From an uncultured Actinomycetota bacterium (GTDB lineage Bacteria; Actinomycetota; Thermoleophilia; RBG-16-64-13), in contig CAVRJE010000020.1 in assembly GCA_963721365.1 (NCBI GenBank), positions 6,173 through 70,172 of the forward strand: a stretch of DNA of 64,000 nt, read 5' to 3'. A program made the translations under genes and the position numbers. Numbering within the stretch: the first letter of the stretch is position 1; each line of letters opens with the position of its first letter. The notes below the pieces were generated by a model that saw only the letters and a program-made list of their open reading frames with translations, was not told the DNA's origin and did not search any database. This document shows positions 10,120-21,067 of this stretch, one piece after another.

Positions 10120-10230
10120 CAGAATCCCCCTCCTATCGCGCGGTCGCGCCTGTACCGCATCAAACCAGGCCAGATTGTATCCTGGCGCGGCCCTCGGGCG
10201 CATCGTGCGGCGCGAGCGATGCATGTCCGT

Positions 10231-10256
10231 GTTTCGCTCACACCCGTCGTGGGCAC
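10231..10256 (+). promoter_or_regulatory. Putative SigB/SigF-type promoter (GTTT-N16-GGGCAC)
   Basis: gttt-cgctcacacccgtcgt-gggcac, upstream of the Mo-oxidoreductase operon. Confidence 0.55.
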
Positions 10257-10310
10257 ATCGGTCTGAACCAGTAGGATCCCCGACCGCCACACCACCCCCG
10301 GGAGACTGCA

Positions 10311-12464
10311 ATGAGTCCAACCATGGCACCGAACCCGCTCGATGTCGGCACCGCAGGCCGGCGTACGATCTACAGCATGTGCGGTATGTGTGCGGTCCGC
10401 TGCCCGATCGAGGTCACGGTCGAGGACGGGCAGGTAGTCTGGCTGCAGGGCAACCCTCACGACAAGGCCATCGGCGCCAGCCTCTGTGCGAAAGGCGCAG
10501 CCGGTCTGGCTTTCGAGCAGGACGACGAACGCCCACAAACGCCTTTGATCCGCTCCGGCCCCCGCGGTGGCGGCCAATGGCGGCGGGCGTCCTGGGACGA
10601 AGCCCTCGATTACATCGCCGACAAGCTGCACGAGACGATCGAGCTCTACGATGCGCGCGGCATCGCGCTTTCCGATCGCGGTGGCTTCTTCACCGACCTG
10701 ACCCGGACCTTCGTGCAGGCGCTCGGCTCGCCGAACTACTTCAACCACGACGCCGGCTGCGGCGGCAACGTCCACAACGCCTCGCGCTCGCTCTACGGCT
10801 TTGGCCACGAGGGGCTCATCCCTGATCTCGGGCGCGTGAAGCACATGGTGCTCTACGGCCGCAACGTGGTCCAATCGCTCATGGTCAAAGAGGCCAAGGC
10901 CTTCATGGCCGCGGTGGCGAACGGGATGCGGGTCACCTACATCGATCCGCGCGCCACCGTCACCGCCTGCAAGGCCACCCGCTACTGGCAGGTACGCCCT
11001 AACAGCGACTACGCGCTGAACCTGGCTATCATCCACGAGGTCCTGAAGCAGGAGGCCTACGACAAAGACTTCGTCGGTAGCTTCGTCTCCGGCATGGACT
11101 ACCTGCGCGAGGCGGTCAAGGACACGACGCCGGAATGGCAGGAGCCCCACACCGGCCTTCCCGCCGCGCAGATCCGCGCCTTGGTGGACGAGATTTCTGC
11201 GGACCGGCCGCAGGTGATCTTCCACCCGGGCTGGATGTCGGCGCGTCACAAGCAGTCGTTCTATGTCAGCCGTTCGGCGTTGATCCTGAACGCCCTGATG
11301 GGCAACCTCGAGATCCCCGGCGGCTACATACTGGGCAAGTCGCCCGAGTTCTACGGCCGCAAGGGCCTGAACCATCTGACGGACCGCGCACCCAAGGTCG
11401 AGGAGCCACGGGTCGACGGCGCCGGCACCGAGAGGCCGCAGTGGGATCCGGCCATCGGCATGCTGCACCAGGCTTTCGCCGCCATCGAGACGGGGCAGCC
11501 TTACGGCATCGGCGCCTACTTCGCCTACCGCCACGATCCTTTCACCGGATTGCCCGATCCGGAAGCGACCCGACGAGCCCTGGACAAGCTGAAGCTGCTC
11601 GTCTCCATAGACGTGCGCTACTCGGAGACGGGCTGGTTCGCCGACGTCATCCTGCCCGAATCGACCTATCTCGAGCGGGCCAACATCCTCTGCCAGATGA
11701 ACGGCCCGGTGCCGGTCTTCGCGATGCGCGACCAGGCGATCGCCCCACGCTTCGACAGCCGCCCGGCCTGGTGGATCTTCCGTGAGATCCTGCATCGCGT
11801 GGGCATCAAGGAGGTGCTCGACTTCGAGACCATCGAGGAACTCTGGAACTATCAGCTCGATGGCACCGGCGTGACCATCGCCGAGATCCGCGAGGCGGGG
11901 TTCGTCGCCCTGGCCGATGCTCCGAAACTCATGCCACGCGAGGCTCTCAAGTTCCCGACCCCGTCGGGCAAGATCGAGATCGACAGCGAGATCCTGAAGA
12001 AGGCAGGGCTGCCCAGCTTGCCGGCCTACACGGCCAAAGAGGCGCCGGCGGATGACCGCTTCGTCCTTCTCTTCGGAAAGACGGCGACGCTGGCGCACGG
12101 CCAGTCTCTCAACAACCCGCTACTCAACGAGATCGCGCCCGAACAGGTCCTCTGGATCCACCCCGACCGCGCCAGGCCTCTTGGTATCGCCGATGGCGAC
12201 ACCGTCGAGGTCGACGGGGGCGGGCGCTATGTCGGAAGGCTCAAGGCCATGGTCACGCCCTGGATCCATCCCGAGGCGGTATTCATGCTGCACGGCTACG
12301 GCGCCACGGTGCCGCTCGCGACCCGCGCCTTGGGCGTAGGTGTGGCCGATCAGCGCCTCCAGACCGGCAAGCTCTACGAATTCGACCCGGCCGGCGGTGG
12401 CTGCGCGCTGACCGAGACCATCGTCCGGGTCAAGCCCGCGGTGAAAAAGGGAGGCGACAGGTGA
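10311..12464 (+). CDS. Mo/W-bisPGD oxidoreductase catalytic subunit, PsrA/PhsA-like, without Tat signal
   Basis: N-terminal CGMCAVRC...LCAKG [4Fe-4S] motif, 'ADVILPESTYLER', and a C-terminal binding domain 'WIHPDRARPLGIADGD.V'. Candidate Cys ligand in 'NHDAGC'. Confidence 0.9.
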   Translation: MSPTMAPNPLDVGTAGRRTIYSMCGMCAVRCPIEVTVEDGQVVWLQGNPHDKAIGASLCAKGAAGLAFEQDDERPQTPLIRSGPRGGGQWRRASWDEALDYIADKLHETIELYDARGIALSDRGGFFTDLTRTFVQALGSPNYFNHDAGCGGNVHNASRSLYGFGHEGLIPDLGRVKHMVLYGRNVVQSLMVKEAKAFMAAVANGMRVTYIDPRATVTACKATRYWQVRPNSDYALNLAIIHEVLKQEAYDKDFVGSFVSGMDYLREAVKDTTPEWQEPHTGLPAAQIRALVDEISADRPQVIFHPGWMSARHKQSFYVSRSALILNALMGNLEIPGGYILGKSPEFYGRKGLNHLTDRAPKVEEPRVDGAGTERPQWDPAIGMLHQAFAAIETGQPYGIGAYFAYRHDPFTGLPDPEATRRALDKLKLLVSIDVRYSETGWFADVILPESTYLERANILCQMNGPVPVFAMRDQAIAPRFDSRPAWWIFREILHRVGIKEVLDFETIEELWNYQLDGTGVTIAEIREAGFVALADAPKLMPREALKFPTPSGKIEIDSEILKKAGLPSLPAYTAKEAPADDRFVLLFGKTATLAHGQSLNNPLLNEIAPEQVLWIHPDRARPLGIADGDTVEVDGGGRYVGRLKAMVTPWIHPEAVFMLHGYGATVPLATRALGVGVADQRLQTGKLYEFDPAGGGCALTETIVRVKPAVKKGGDR

Positions 12465-12973
12465 GCACCTACACCCTCCGCCACGACGAAGCGAACTGCA
12501 TCGGCTGCCAGGCCTGCGAAGTGCACTGCAAGACCAACAAGGGCCTCGGCCCCGGACCGGCTCCGTGCAAGATCGTCTTTGTCGGCCCGGTGGACGTCGC
12601 CGGACAGCCGCGCCTTCGCCTCGTCTTCATGCCCTGCTTCCACTGTGAGGAGCCCTGGTGCGTCAAGGCCTGCCCCACAGGCGCGATGCAACGTCGCGAG
12701 AAGGACGGCATCGTGTTTGTGGACTCCAGCATCTGCATCGGATGCAAGAGCTGCATGGCCGCCTGCCCCTGGGGTACCCCCCAGTGGGATCCGGCCACGC
12801 GCAAGGTGGTCAAGTGTGACTACTGCAAGGATCGCCTCGAGGCCGGGGGCGAGCCGGCCTGCGTAACGAAGTGCGTAACCGGGTGCCTGTCCTTCGGCGC
12901 CAACGAAGAGCCCGATCCGCGCCGCGAGCGTTACGCTCACTACATCGTGGCCGAGCCGCTGGGTAGCGGTTAG
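12461..12973 (+). CDS. 4x[4Fe-4S] electron-transfer subunit (PsrB/DmsB-like)
   Basis: CIGCQACEVHC, CFHCEEPWCVKACP, CIGCKSCMAACP, KCDYC...ACVTKC. Confidence 0.92.
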   Translation: MSTYTLRHDEANCIGCQACEVHCKTNKGLGPGPAPCKIVFVGPVDVAGQPRLRLVFMPCFHCEEPWCVKACPTGAMQRREKDGIVFVDSSICIGCKSCMAACPWGTPQWDPATRKVVKCDYCKDRLEAGGEPACVTKCVTGCLSFGANEEPDPRRERYAHYIVAEPLGSG

Positions 12974-12982
12974 GGAGGAGCC

Positions 12983-15973
12983 ATGAGCGACCTCCAGATG
13001 CTGCCGGCGTGGCTCGACATCGGCGCCGCTGCCCTGGCCGGCTCCGTGCCGCCGGCGAAGACCATCACCGACGCGCTGCCGGGTTTTGCCCAAGCCCAGT
13101 CTCTGACGCCTCTGCAGCGGCTGCAGCGCGTGCAAGAGTCGGGCCTTTCGGAGTGCAGCGGTGCGGGCGAACCGATCTATGTGGCATGGCGCCAATTCCT
13201 CCGCAGCCGTGGCTCTTCGGCTCTGGTGATCGACGCGACCGGCCTTGACCCACGGGCGCGGGGAACGGCCGCCGTGCTCGACGGCGCTCCCTGGCTGCTG
13301 GCGGAGGGCATTCTGCTCGCGGTCGGCCTGCGCGACAGCCGAACGATCGAGCTGCGGCTTCCGGTCGAACTGAACGGCCACGAGGCAGCCCTTCTGAACG
13401 TGGTCGATGCCATTCGTTCGCTCGCGCAGGTCGCAGGCCCAGGCCGGCGGATCGAGGTGCTGCGTAACAGCCGGCCGAGTTGCTGGGGGGAAAGACCTAC
13501 CGGCGATGGGTCGCGGCTGATACACACGCCGGAGACCTGGTGCCGGATCGCCCTGCTCTTCGCGGGCGCCACGGACCTCGATAGGTCGTTGCTCACGCTT
13601 CGGCGGGGCATGAAGCAGCGCGGCCTGGTCGAGCTCGAGCGTCCCGGGAACCTGCGGCACCAGGTCGACGACTGGGGCGGCGGCGTCGAGGTGGAAAGCC
13701 AGGACCCGGTGCTCGTCTTCGACGACGGCTTGGGTGGCTTCCTTCCTCTGTCCAAAGCCGACCTCTCATGCGAGCCGCTCTCGTTCGCATTCGCAGGCAT
13801 CATCCCGGCACCGTCCAGCCTGATGGTGATGGCCGAAGGCGCATGCATGCTCCGGCAGGCCAAGCGTGCTCTCTACCGCCATTGGCTGCTCGCCGACGCC
13901 GAAGTGCCGGCGGTCCGCGGTCTGCTGGCGCGCGCCGCGCGCTTGGCGGGCGAGATCACTCTCGGCCGAGGTGAGCCGGCGCATCTCGCCGCGCTCGACG
14001 AGATCGCGCTCGATCTCCTCACTCAGGGGCTGGGGGCCGCCTGGCCGCTGGGCAGTTCTCTGCGCTATTACCGCGAGCAGTGGGAGAGTCACGTGCGGCG
14101 TGAATCCTGCCCGGAAGGCCTCTGCTTGGTTCGCAATCCCGCGCCTTGCCACTACACGTGTCCGGCCAACATCGACATCCCGAGCTTCATGGCTCACATC
14201 GGTCACGGCGACTACGGGTCGGCCATCGAAGTCATCAGGCGCGACAATCCCCTCCCGCTCACCTGCGGCCTGGTCTGTCCGGCGACCTGCGAATCCGCCT
14301 GCGTTCGAGGGGGAAGCAACGGTGCGGTGTTCATCCGGCCGATGAAGACTAAAGCGGCCGAACACTGCCTCGCCGACGGCGGATACCCAAAGCCCGAACT
14401 GGCGCCCGACACGGGCAAGCGGGTCGGCATCGTCGGATCCGGTCCCGCCGGTCTCACTGCTGCCTACTACCTGCGCCGTCTCGGTCATGAAGTCGAGGTC
14501 GTCGAGGCTCAGGAAAAGGCCGGCGGAATGCTGCGCTACGGCATCCCGGCCTACCGTCTGCCGCCGGATCTCCTCGAACAGGAGCTCGACCAGATCCGGG
14601 CGCTGGGTGTTACGATCCGCACCGGCTTCAAGGTCGACAGCCTCGATGCCTTCCGCAAAGACTACGACGCCGTGTTTCTCGGCCTAGGCACGCAGCGGTC
14701 GCGCCATATCTCGATCGAGGGTGTTGAGCAGTCCTTCGTCCTCGGCGGCATCGACTTCCTCCGGGCCGTTCGTAGCGGCGACCCGGTCCGGGTCGGGCCG
14801 CGGGTGGTGGTCGTCGGCGGCGGCAACGTCGCCATCGACGTCGCCCTGACCGCCCTTCGACAGGGCGCGAAGCACGTCGACATGGTCTCCCTCGAGAATC
14901 GCCGTGAAATGCCGGCCAGCCCGCACGAGATCGAGACGGCGGTCGCCGAAGGAGTGCAACTGCACCCCGGCTGGGGCCCGGTGAGCGTCGATGAGGACGG
15001 CGAGGTCACCTTCCAGTTCTGCGAGCAGACCCGCGACGAGGACGGCCGCTTCGATCCCAAGTTCGACACCTCCCGCCTGCTCAAGCTGGACGCCGATCAC
15101 GTGATCCTGGCCGTCGGCCAGGGGACGGACTTGAGCATGCTCGAGGGCACCGGGATCGAGAACACGCGGGGCTTCATCGTCACCGACCCGGGAACCCTGA
15201 TGACCGCGGTACCCGGCGTCTTCGCGGGCGGCGACGTGGAGCACGGCCCCCGAACGGCCGTGGAGGCGATCCGCTCCGGAAAGATCGCCGCGGCCTCCAT
15301 CGATGCCTGGCTGCGCGGGGTGGAAATGGACGCAGCCATCGGGAAGCCGGAACGCCGCGCTGAGGTAGTGCCCCTTGCCGTCGACGCAGTTGATCGCACT
15401 GGTCTCCGCCGCGCTGCGATGCGGGAAAGGAGCGTCGAAGAGACTCTCGGCGAGGGCAGGTACGTTCAGATCGAGGAGGGTCTTTCCGACGAGATGGCGC
15501 ACGACGAGGCCCGCCGCTGCCTCCGCTGCGACCTTTGCATCGGCTGTGGGCTCTGTATGGCCGCCTGCAGCGAGATGGGTGTCGACGCTCTGCGTATGGC
15601 CGACACGCCCGCGGGCCGACTCGCCTACTTCGATTTCACCCGGCCGGCCGAATTGTGCATCGGGTGTGGCGCCTGCACGCAGGTCTGCCCGACAGGCGCG
15701 ATCTCGCTCGAGGATACGGATGGGATGCGGCGCACGCTCATCACGGGGACCGTCGTGCGCGAACAGCCGCTCTTGGCCTGCAGCGAGTGCGGCGCGCCGA
15801 CGCGGACGGCGGCTCACCGGGAATTCATCCGCCACCGCCTACCGGACCACATGGCAGCCCCCCTGGATCGCGAGCTCTGCCCATCGTGCGCGCGCCGGCG
15901 GGCCGATCGTCCCTCCGTGAACGACTCGCGAAACGTCTCCGCTTCGGAGGGTGAAGATGGCAGAGAAGACTGA
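12983..15973 (+). CDS. Multidomain flavoprotein: degenerate NuoF-like + GltD-like FAD/NAD(P)H + 2x[4Fe-4S] + CxxC tail
   Basis: 'PCHYTCPANIDIP', 'CGLVCPATCESAC', GSGPAG, 'GGMLRYGIPAYRLP', GGGNVA, 'EARRCLRC', and ferredoxin motifs. Confidence 0.85.
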   Translation: MSDLQMLPAWLDIGAAALAGSVPPAKTITDALPGFAQAQSLTPLQRLQRVQESGLSECSGAGEPIYVAWRQFLRSRGSSALVIDATGLDPRARGTAAVLDGAPWLLAEGILLAVGLRDSRTIELRLPVELNGHEAALLNVVDAIRSLAQVAGPGRRIEVLRNSRPSCWGERPTGDGSRLIHTPETWCRIALLFAGATDLDRSLLTLRRGMKQRGLVELERPGNLRHQVDDWGGGVEVESQDPVLVFDDGLGGFLPLSKADLSCEPLSFAFAGIIPAPSSLMVMAEGACMLRQAKRALYRHWLLADAEVPAVRGLLARAARLAGEITLGRGEPAHLAALDEIALDLLTQGLGAAWPLGSSLRYYREQWESHVRRESCPEGLCLVRNPAPCHYTCPANIDIPSFMAHIGHGDYGSAIEVIRRDNPLPLTCGLVCPATCESACVRGGSNGAVFIRPMKTKAAEHCLADGGYPKPELAPDTGKRVGIVGSGPAGLTAAYYLRRLGHEVEVVEAQEKAGGMLRYGIPAYRLPPDLLEQELDQIRALGVTIRTGFKVDSLDAFRKDYDAVFLGLGTQRSRHISIEGVEQSFVLGGIDFLRAVRSGDPVRVGPRVVVVGGGNVAIDVALTALRQGAKHVDMVSLENRREMPASPHEIETAVAEGVQLHPGWGPVSVDEDGEVTFQFCEQTRDEDGRFDPKFDTSRLLKLDADHVILAVGQGTDLSMLEGTGIENTRGFIVTDPGTLMTAVPGVFAGGDVEHGPRTAVEAIRSGKIAAASIDAWLRGVEMDAAIGKPERRAEVVPLAVDAVDRTGLRRAAMRERSVEETLGEGRYVQIEEGLSDEMAHDEARRCLRCDLCIGCGLCMAACSEMGVDALRMADTPAGRLAYFDFTRPAELCIGCGACTQVCPTGAISLEDTDGMRRTLITGTVVREQPLLACSECGAPTRTAAHREFIRHRLPDHMAAPLDRELCPSCARRRADRPSVNDSRNVSASEGEDGRED

Positions 15974-16898
15974 GCGAGGCAGCGCGGCGGTCGCCTGCAC
16001 GACCGAACAGACCCACCTCGGTGAGGGAGTGCGTTGGGATGACCGGCGCTCTGAGCTGTTGCGAGTGGACATCCTCGCCGGGCGGGTCTACCGCGACCAG
16101 GTCCAGGACGACGGTGCCCTGGTCGCCGTACGCACGTACGAACTGCCCTGGACTGTCGGGATGATCGCCCCCATCGAGGGGGACGGCGGGTGGCTGCTCG
16201 GCGCCGGCCGCGGCTTCGTCTACCTGGCGCCCGACGGCACTCATCGGACCATCGCCGAGGTCTCCCCGGTCGCGACCCGGATGAACGACGGCGCCTGCGA
16301 TCCGCAGGGCCGGTTCTGGGCCGGGACCCTGGCTGACGATCACCACGCAGGAGGTGGCGCGCTCTACCGGCTGGACCAGGCTGGCCGGACCGAGCAGGTG
16401 CTCGACGGCATGACGATTCCCAACGGGGTGGGCTGGAGCCCAGATGGGCAGACCATGTACCTGGTGGACAGTGGTCCGCGAGTCGTCCACGCTTTCACGT
16501 TCGACCCCGAACGCGGCACCATCTCCGCTGGACGGATCCTCATCACCGTGGCCGAGGACGTCGGCTCGCCGGATGGCATGACGGTGGACGCCGCCGGTGA
16601 CCTCTGGGTGGCGATCTATGGCGGAGGGCAGGTGCGGCGCTTCTCCCCCGATGGTGTGCTGATCGAGGTGCTCACCGTCCCGGCCCGGCAAAGCACGTGC
16701 TGTGCGTTCGCCGGCTTGGGCCTCCGCCGGCTGTACGTCACCACGGCCACCGAGAACTGGACCGATGAGCAACGCAGGGCCGAACCGGCTGCCGGGCTGG
16801 TCTACCGCCTGGACACCGATGCCACCGGCCGCCCGGCCGCTCCCTTCCGCCCCGACCCCACGTGGTGGGAGGAGTTCACGTTGCGAGGAGCTGAGTGA
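15957..16898 (+). CDS. SMP-30/gluconolactonase/LRE family protein
   Basis: 'LGEGVRWD', 'RMNDGACDPQGRFWAGT', 'IPNGVGWSPD', 'PDGMTVD'. Confidence 0.92.
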   Translation: MAEKTERGSAAVACTTEQTHLGEGVRWDDRRSELLRVDILAGRVYRDQVQDDGALVAVRTYELPWTVGMIAPIEGDGGWLLGAGRGFVYLAPDGTHRTIAEVSPVATRMNDGACDPQGRFWAGTLADDHHAGGGALYRLDQAGRTEQVLDGMTIPNGVGWSPDGQTMYLVDSGPRVVHAFTFDPERGTISAGRILITVAEDVGSPDGMTVDAAGDLWVAIYGGGQVRRFSPDGVLIEVLTVPARQSTCCAFAGLGLRRLYVTTATENWTDEQRRAEPAAGLVYRLDTDATGRPAAPFRPDPTWWEEFTLRGAE

Positions 16899-17249
16899 AT
16901 GCCCCGAGCTGACAAAGAACTCAGTGCCGGCGTCGGCTACGAGCGGGCGCCGGTCCCGCTGCAGATCACGACAGCCCCTGCGGCGCTTTCGACGGACGAG
17001 GAGTTGGTGCTGCATGCGCTCCTCGCCTGTGAAACAGGGAGAACCGCTGGGCAACTGGCGGCGGGATCCGGCCTGACCAGAGAACAGGTGGCGAACGCGC
17101 TGCAGGACCTGCGCGCCAAAGGTCTGGTCACCTGCCTGAACACCGTGGTGGCGAGCTACGCCGCACGCTTCCCCGGCATCAGAGTTTCGGAGGGTCCGCC
17201 TCGAACGGTGCTTACGGATTTCGGAGAGGATCAAGATGGCAACGTCTGA
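16899..17249 (+). CDS. Small winged-HTH (MarR/TrmB-like) protein
   Basis: 'TAGQLAAGSGLTREQVANALQDLRAKGLV'; fills the operon gap. Confidence 0.55.
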   Translation: MPRADKELSAGVGYERAPVPLQITTAPAALSTDEELVLHALLACETGRTAGQLAAGSGLTREQVANALQDLRAKGLVTCLNTVVASYAARFPGIRVSEGPPRTVLTDFGEDQDGNV

Positions 17250-19945
17250 CATGAACGCCGAGCAGAAACGACTCGCTGAAGCCCGGACCGGGACACTGTG
17301 GAAGAAGTGGGGACCCTATCTCAGCGAGCGCCAGTGGGGCACGGTACGCGAGGACTATAGCGCCGACGGGGATGCGTGGAACTACTTCACGCACGATCAG
17401 GCCCGCTCCCGCGCCTACCGTTCCGGCGAGGATGGGCTGGCCGGCTTCTCCGACGAGAACCAGCTGCTTTGTTTTGCCCTAGCGCTGTGGAACGGCCAGG
17501 ACCCGATCATCAAGGAGAGGCTTTTCGGCCTGACCGGCGCCGAGGGCAACCACGGCGAAGACGTCAAGGAGTACTACTACTACCTGGACTCGACGCCCAC
17601 CCACTCCTACATGAAGTGGCTCTACAAGTACCCGCAGCTGGCCTACCCCTATGACGATCTGATCCAGACCAACGGCACCCGCTCGAAGCTGGAGCCGGAG
17701 TACGAACTGCTCGATACCGGCGTCTTCGCGGAAGACCGCTACTTCGACGTCTTCATGGAGTACGCCAAGGCCGCTCCCGAAGACATACTCATTCGCATCA
17801 CGGTCGAGAACCGCGGTCCGGAGGCGGCCACCCTGCACGTCCTGCCCACGCTCTGGTTCCGCAACACCTGGAGTTGGTCACCTGACGTGACGAAGCCCGA
17901 GCTGCATACAGTCCGCGCCAGGAAGGGCGCGAAGACGGTCGCGGCTTCTCACCCCGTTCTCGGCGCGCGTTGGCTATGCGTTGAAGGAGATGTGCCCCTG
18001 CTCTTCACCGAGAACGAGACCAACAACGAGCGGCTCTTCGGCGCCGCGAACTCTGGGGACTTCGTCAAGGACGGCATCAACGACCATGTCGTCCATGGGC
18101 GGCAGGAGACGGTCAACCCGGCCGGCACCGGCACCAAGGTGGCCGCTCATCACGCCCTGCAAATTGCGTCCGGAGGGAAAACGGTCCTGCGTCTTCGACT
18201 GACCGACTCTGCCCCCGGAGCCTCCAAGGATGTCTTCGCCGGGTTCGAGGAGACGTTCGAATCACGCCGGAGCGAGGCCGACGAGTTCTATCGCGCGCTC
18301 ACCCCCTCTTCGGTCAGCGAAGACGAAGCCCTGGTCATGCGACAGGCCCTCGCCGGGATGCTGTGGTCCAAGCAGTACTTCCTGTTCGAGGCCGACACGT
18401 GGATCAAGGACCACGGCGGTGACCCGTTCTCTCCGGCGAGCGGTCCCACTCGAAACCGCGAATGGGGTCACATGGTCAACAACAACGTCATGTCGATGCC
18501 CGACAAGTGGGAGTACCCCTGGTACGCGGCTTGGGACCTGGCCTTCCACGCGGTCGCACTCGCTTCGGTCGACATCGACTTCGCCAAGCAGCAACTCGAC
18601 CTGATGCTTTCGCAGTGGTACCTGCACCCCAACGGCCAGATCCCCGCCTACGAGTGGAACTTCAGCGACGTGAACCCGCCGGTGCACGCCTGGGCCACAC
18701 TCTGGGTGTACCGCATGGAGCAGGCAGCGCGGGGCGAGGGGGACCTGGACTTTCTCAAGCGCTCCTTCGGTAGGCTCCTGGCAAACTTCACCTGGTGGGT
18801 GAACCGCAAGGACCGGTTCGGGAACAACGTGTTTCAGGGCGGCTTTCTCGGTCTCGACAACATCGGGGTGTTCGATCGATCCGCCCCGCTACCGACCGGG
18901 GGATACCTCGACCAGGCCGACGGTACGGCCTGGATGGCGCTCTTTAGCCAAAACATGCTTGAGTTGGCCATCGAGATCGCGGCGTACGACCCGAGCTACG
19001 AGACCTTCGCCGAGAAGTTCCTCGACCACTTTCTCTGGATCGGCCACGCCGTGGGTCACGTCGGCTCTGACGGCCTGTGGGACGAGGAGGACGGCTTCTT
19101 CTACGATCTATTGATGCTCCCGGATGGCAGTGCGACCCGTCTCAAGGTACGCTCCATGGTCGGCCTCTTGCCGCTCTGCGCCACCACTATGATCGAGCCC
19201 TGGCAGCGCGAGCGGGTGCCGAAAGTCATGGAACTATTCGCCGAGCGGATCCGCCGGATGCCGGAGCTCGAAGCCAATGTCTTCAGTGGGCGCGGGCTAC
19301 GCCGATCGCAGCTTGATGGCCCTGGTGGACCCTGTCCGCCTGCGGCGCATCCTCACGATCATGCTCGATGAGAACGAGTTCCTGAGTCCCCACGGGATCC
19401 GGGCGCTTTCGCGCTACCACCTTGATCATCCGTACGTATTTGAGGCCGGTGGCAGGGACTACTCGGTGAACTACGTGCCGGCGGATTCCGACTCGGGGAT
19501 GTTCGGCGGCAACTCCAATTGGCGCGGTCCAGTGTGGATGCCGGTCAACATGCTTATCGTCCGCGCGCTTGTCAGTCTCTACGGCTTCCATGGAGACGAT
19601 TTCAAGGTCGAATGCCCCACCGGCTCCGGTCGGCAGATGAACCTCTTCGACGTGGCCAAGGAGATCGCAAGGCGGCTCACGAGCATCTTCTTGCTTGACG
19701 AGAACGGGCGAAGGCCTGTGTTCGGCGGCGCAGAGAAGTTCGAGGGCCCGCACTGGCGCGACCACATTCTCTTCTACGAGTACTTCCACGGGGACAACGG
19801 GGCCGGCATCGGAGCAAGCCACCAGACCGGCTGGACCGGCTTGGCAGCCACGCTCATCGATCTCTTCGCGACTGTCGACGAATCGAAGTTCCTAGATGTG
19901 GGCAAGAAGGCGGCGTTCGACCCGAATGTGGCCTCGCCGCGATAA
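17236..19945 (+). CDS. GH63-like glucosidase (MGH1/trehalase-like), with one frameshift near 19290
   Basis: 'WGPYLSERQWGTVREDYS', 'MPDKWEYPWYAAWDLAFH', 'FGGNSNWRGPVW', 'GIGASHQTGWT', across ORFs 17236-19371 and 19277-19945. Confidence 0.88.
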
Positions 19946-19976
19946 CGCTGAACGAATCAAACAAAGGAGGCATCCG

Positions 19977-21029
19977 ATGAAGGCCATTACCTTGGAACCG
20001 ATGAAGCTCGAAACCGCGCAACTGGAGGACGTTCCGGAGCCAGACCCTGGCGACGGCTCGGTGCTCGTGGAAGCCATCGCCGTCGGGGTCTGTGGCACTG
20101 ATGCCGAGATGGTGGAGGGCAAGTATGGCTGGGCGCCTCCTGGGAAGACACGGCTGGTGCTTGGGCATGAGTCTCTCGGGCGCGTGATCGACCCGGGTCC
20201 GGCCAAGGGGCTGAAGAAAGGCGATCTCGTGGTGGGCATCGTGCGCCGGCCCGACCCGGTTCCGTGCCCGAATTGCGCCGTAGGCGAGTGGGACATGTGT
20301 CAGAACGGTCAGTACACCGAGCGGGGCATCAAACAGATCGACGGCTTCATGTCCGAACGCTGGAGGATCGAGCCCGAGTATGCGATCAAACTAGACCCCT
20401 CCCTTGGCATCCTCGGCGTGCTACTCGAACCCACAACCGTGATCACGAAGGCGTGGGAAAGCGCTGCCACCCTCGGGTTGGGCCGGCATTCCTTCTGGGA
20501 GCCGCGCAACGTCTTGGTGACGGGCGCCGGGCCGATCGGGCTGCTCGCTGCTCTCAAGGGAGTCCAGCGCGGTTTCAACGTGCATGTGCTTGACCGGGTC
20601 GAGTCGGGACCGAAACCGGATCTCGTGCGCGCCCTCGGCGCCACCTACCACGCGGGCAGTGTTGCCGATGTTCATCCGGCGCCCGATGTCATCATCGAAT
20701 GCACCGGCGTCGGCAAGGTCATTTACGATTCCGTGCTCGGCATTGCGGCCGGTGGCATCGTCTGCCTCACCGGCATCGGAAGCGGCGGGGGCTCACAAGG
20801 AACCACTGCCGACGTCGCGGCTGAGATCGTGCTGAAGAACGCCGTGATAGTCGGCAGCGTCAACGCCAACCGGCGGCATTGGTACAAGGCCGGCGAATGC
20901 TTGGCCGCCGCAGACCCCAAGTGGCTTGCCCGCCTCATCACCCGTCGGGAGAGGCCGGAGGACTTCAAGCGGGCGCTCGAGCGACAACCCGAAGACATCA
21001 AGGTCATCGTCCAGTTCTCTGAAGTCTAG
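19977..21029 (+). CDS. Zn-dependent glucose 1-dehydrogenase (MDR family)
   Basis: CGTD, 'LGHE', 'VRRPDPVPCPNC...DMC', 'ERGI', GAGPIG, 'GSVNANRRHW'; AAGGAGG RBS. Confidence 0.85.
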   Translation: MKAITLEPMKLETAQLEDVPEPDPGDGSVLVEAIAVGVCGTDAEMVEGKYGWAPPGKTRLVLGHESLGRVIDPGPAKGLKKGDLVVGIVRRPDPVPCPNCAVGEWDMCQNGQYTERGIKQIDGFMSERWRIEPEYAIKLDPSLGILGVLLEPTTVITKAWESAATLGLGRHSFWEPRNVLVTGAGPIGLLAALKGVQRGFNVHVLDRVESGPKPDLVRALGATYHAGSVADVHPAPDVIIECTGVGKVIYDSVLGIAAGGIVCLTGIGSGGGSQGTTADVAAEIVLKNAVIVGSVNANRRHWYKAGECLAAADPKWLARLITRRERPEDFKRALERQPEDIKVIVQFSEV

Positions 21030-21067
21030 TGAGTGAGGGGAACATGATGGCTTCGCCCCGGATCGGC

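Noticed and set aside
18884-18893. ccccgctacc match to the tRNA 3' end as a second att site
   Set aside because: It is only about 10 bp, in the wrong orientation for a direct repeat, and inside the GH63 coding sequence.
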